Shown in pieces: positions 60,118 to 64,000 of a stretch of DNA of 64,000 nucleotides (the stretch's first letter is position 1; each line of letters begins with the position of its first letter). Source of the stretch: Sphyrna mokarran (lineage: Eukaryota). The notes beneath the pieces were generated by a model that ran no database searches, had not been told where the DNA came from, and saw nothing but the letters and a program-made list of their open reading frames with translations. The DNA is taken from the NCBI GenBank assembly GCA_024679065.1, contig JAGIQG010000020.1, forward strand, positions 45,322,001-45,386,000, given 5' to 3'. The position numbers were made by a program, and so were the translations under genes.

Positions 60118-61009
60118 TATTTTACATTACAGGTTGGGGCAAAGACTTGGAATAAATTATTTATTGATCTAAAAATGCTCATTTGGCGTGCACAAGAAAG
60201 CTTCAAGGCATAAAAAAAGACTCATTCATGTTCAAATTGACTGCCCCCACCCCCCCAACCCTCACCACCACCATCACTCAACCGCTATCTATTTTTAAGG
60301 TCACCCCACATTTTGTCCTCAAAAACTCTCACTTCTTTTCCATTTTTTTTTGGCTTGTAGTATCTACAAAAAGGTCAACAACATACTGTTGACTTTCCGT
60401 GCAAGAACTGTAGACTTAAATATACCCTAGTCTGGATCTACTCAGGAAGAAGAATTAAATCACATTCATTTAGAATTAGGAACTGGTAACTCATTATAAA
60501 ACAGGAGTGCAAGTGACATCTTTCTCTTTTGAGGAACACAGTTGACATTCCCAAAAAACACAAAAGCTTTGTAAAGCTTGCTCAGAGATAAAAACAGAGA
60601 TTTTGAAAATAACACATCATCGGCTGGTTGGCTGAGCTTCTGATCATATCTATTCACGCTGAAACCCATGTATTAACAACACTCTGGCATTTTGTTTTAG
60701 TCAGTGAGTAGCTTGTGATGAATGTTTGGTCTCATACCTCCCCACTCCCATCCCACCTGTCATACAACCATCCTAATGAGTTTTTGGATTTTTAGTCCAA
60801 GCATCAACACTGAGAATAAATGTCAGCCATTCTTTCACAGCCCAAAATGTACACTGCTCAAACTGGCAGAGACATGAATTAGAAGCCTGATTATGGTTCT
60901 CTCACTTTTGTCTCCCCCATTCCACTCAAGCTTTGATCAGTACTTTCCTGCAATGGCACAAGGATCTGCAATAGGTGTGACTGTAGGCGTAAATCCATCA
61001 CTCAAATGT

Positions 61010-61390
61010 TATAAGACCATCAGAAATAGGAGCAGAATTAGGCCACTCGGCCCATCGTGTCTGCTCCGCTATTCTATTGTGGTTGATATTTTTCTCATCC
61101 TCATTCTCCTGCATTTTCCCCCATAACCCCTGATCCCCTTATTAATCAAGAACCTAAATATCTCTGTCTTAAATACACTCAATGACCTGGCCTCCACAGC
61201 CATTGTTGCAAAGAGTTCCACAGATTTATCACTCTGGCTGAAAAAATTCCTCATCTCTGTTTTAAAAAAGTCATCTTTTTAGCCTGAGGTTGTGCCCTCT
61301 GATTCTAGCTTTTCCTACTAATGGAAACATCCTCTCCACATTCACTCTATCCAGGCCTCGAATATCCTGTATGTTTCAATGAGATCCCCT
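61010..61390 (-). mobile_element. CR1 3' end fragment
   Basis: MRNFFSQ...VEARSLSVFKTEIFRFLINKGIRGYG; same subfamily as 21695-22325. Confidence 0.85.
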
Positions 61391-63109
61391 TATGTTGTAC
61401 AGCATCTTAAAGTTCCACAGCATAAAGGACTGCTATGAATCTCATTCTACTATCAGCCAACAGAAAATACTTTTGCATGATAAGACCAGCCTTGCTCGAT
61501 TCTCCTCTTTTTCGAATCATTCTTTCTCCCTCTCTTATAACAGCTACATGTGAAGTATCAGCTGCACAGCTGAACTAAACCCGAATTTGACTGTAGGTCA
61601 TTTTCAGAATTTGAGCATCACAGGTAATTATTATCCTGAGACGGTAGTTGTGATGGCAGTGTGCCATCTTCTTCATTGCAATCTTTGTTTGGTTTGATTG
61701 AAGTTGCCTAGAAATCACTCCATTCTGAGGGCAGTTAAGAGTGAACCACTTTAGAGTAGGACTGGAATCACAGAAGTCGAAATGATTAAGGACCACAAAT
61801 TCTCTTCTTTAGTGAATCAGTTCGGATTTATGACAATTCAACAACTTTATAGTCATCTGCACTGATACCAACATTTTATGTTGAGGTTTGGTTATTTCAA
61901 TCCAGTTCTATTCTCAAACTGACATAGTGGGACTCAAACTCTCATTGTCTGTACTACAGATTCAGTAGCATTGCACTGGAAAATCCACACTCAAGGGGGG
62001 GGGAAGTTAAACTGAAAAGATCAGAACTCTATTCTCTCCTTGTGCATTCAATCATAGACCAACAGAAAAGAATATTCCTCTTCAGCATGCATCCACTGTT
62101 GTAGACAAGAAAACCATCACTAGAAAAGTCTATTCTTTTGGTCAATCACAATTTTAGTTCTTTAAACCTTTCAAGACCCCTTGGTTCAAATGTGCTCTCC
62201 TCAGACAAGCAGAAATCATCAGGATATCGAGCACAACCATTTTCAAAGGTATGCTTAAAGCAAGAAAGACTCAGTTATAGTGAAACTAATTTGATGCAGC
62301 CTCACCCTATACATGTAGTTGTCACATACAACAGCTGTGTTAACAGAACCTTTCATCCTAGGTGTCAAAAAAACCATCCCTCATTTTCTCTCTTCCTTTT
62401 CCCCTTCCAAACGTTCTTAGTAAAGTAACAACTTCCAATCAACAACTCTGGCACAATAAATAATGCAGTTAATCTTGATCACACATACATGCAGGCAGAT
62501 ACTAAATTAAAACAGATACAAATGCAAAGCAATAACAAATAAAAATAATGTTTCCAAGGAGAATGAAGCTCTTAGCAGATTAATTTCACAAAATAACAAC
62601 ACTTCATTAAATTAAATCAGATTTACAAATATTGCATTTTAGAATTTTAGGCTAATACCTGGCATATAAAGGTAGTTGATATAGGAAGCAATTTGGAGCA
62701 TTTTACTTTGCTATTAAAATAATCATAGCAGTGATCACAGGAAAATGACAAACTTAATTTATCAAAAATGAGGAGCAATGGGAAAATATGACAGGCACCA
62801 ATACATGACACCACTGCAAAAACTGGCACTGTATTAAAATCACATTTTTCACGAGGTCCAACAAGAAAACAAGTTACTTTTCTACAATATTAGGAATCAA
62901 AAATAAATTCCCAAAAATTGCATTAGTGAGCATTTCAGCGTCAGACTAACATTACATTTGTAGTCTCAATCCACAGCAGTGACCCTAAACTGTATTATTC
63001 CATAAAATGCCTTTTTTCTTATTTGTTCATGGAATGTGAAGATCATTGACAAGGCCAGCATTTGTTGCCCAACCCTATTTGCCTTTAAAAGGGTTTTGGG
63101 AGCCATCTT

Positions 63110-63690
63110 CTTCAACGACTGCACTCCACGTCCAAACGCAGCAAGACCTGGACAATATCCAACTTGGGTTGAAAAGTAAACTTTATGCAACAAGTGCCAG
63201 GCAATGACTATCTCCAGCAAGACAAGCCAACAATTACCATGCACATTCAATAATATTGCCATCACTGAATCCTTCATTATCAACATCCTGGAGCTACACT
63301 GACCAGAAACTGAATTAGATCAGCCATATCAATACTGTGGCTATAAGAGCAGGTCAAAGGTTTGGAATTCTGTGGCAAGTAACTCATCTGATTCCCCAAA
63401 GTCTGTTCACCAATTAAAAAGCACAAGTCAGAAGTGTGATGGAATACTGTCTACAGCTCCAACAACACTTGAAGCTTGACACCATCCAGAACAAAGCTTG
63501 ATTCTCACCCCATCCACAAACATTCAGTCTTCCACCAGCAATACAAAGTGACAGCAGTGTGTACCACGTACAAGTTGCACTGCAGGAATCCAGCAAGGCT
63601 CCTTCCAAACCCATGACTGCTACCATCTAGAAGAACAAGGATAGCAGATTCATGGGAACACCACTGCTACCAATCCCCATCCTGACTTTA
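63110..63690 (+). mobile_element. Old CR1/L2-group LINE fragment
   Basis: gcagcaagacctggacaatatcc...cacaagtcagaagtgtgatggaatac. Confidence 0.75.
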
Positions 63691-63914
63691 TATCTGTACC
63701 TGGGAATGTGTCAGCTGCTTATTTGGGGGGATAGCTTACATGTCAACAATATTCTTAATTAAATTTTGTTTTTGATAAAAGTTCCTTGTGGATCAGTTGA
63801 ACCACACCCAAGGTGAAACCTCTCACACTCACCTTAGCCAAACTCAACGTAACACATTACAGGTTAGGTGAGCTTCACAGAATACCCTGAAGTATCCAAC
63901 CTGATTTGTAACAT

Positions 63915-64000
63915 CCCTGTGTCTGCTTGGGTTTGCTCTGTGCTCCAGTTTCCTCCCACAGCCTGAAAGATGTGCTGGTTAGGTGCATTGGCCATACTAA
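63915..64000 (+). mobile_element. Partial HE1-like SINE running off the window end
   Basis: ctgtgtctgcttgggtttgctctgtgctccagtttcctcccacag. Confidence 0.7.

Overview
Vertebrate genomic DNA, very probably an elasmobranch (shark): HE1-type SINEs, DeuSINE remnants, CR1 LINEs and Penelope-like elements dominate. The main feature is GOLGA3 (golgin-160) on the minus strand. I traced 22 coding exons from 59180 down to the TAG at 20792-20794. All have GT-AG boundaries and consistent phases (4526 nt, about 1507 codons). The first coding or 5'UTR exon(s) are not securely located. A TE-poor tract at about 13.8-20.8 kb is probably a long 3'UTR. A CpG island at about 5.6-6.1 kb looks like the promoter of the next minus-strand gene (ANKLE2 by tetrapod synteny, but no ANKLE2 coding sequence is seen). 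Between them lies a multi-layer nest of transposons. I found no prokaryote-type system and nothing that is clearly a new biological system. The best leads are: a candidate in-frame 51-nt cassette exon at the caspase/Golgi-targeting site; altered caspase sites; two young inverted CR1 copies bracketing six exons (circRNA/dsRNA candidate); and Penelope-derived fold-back elements with degenerate hammerhead-ribozyme cores. Exon coordinates were read at base level. TE boundaries are approximate, and TE family names and human protein comparisons come from recall, not from a search.
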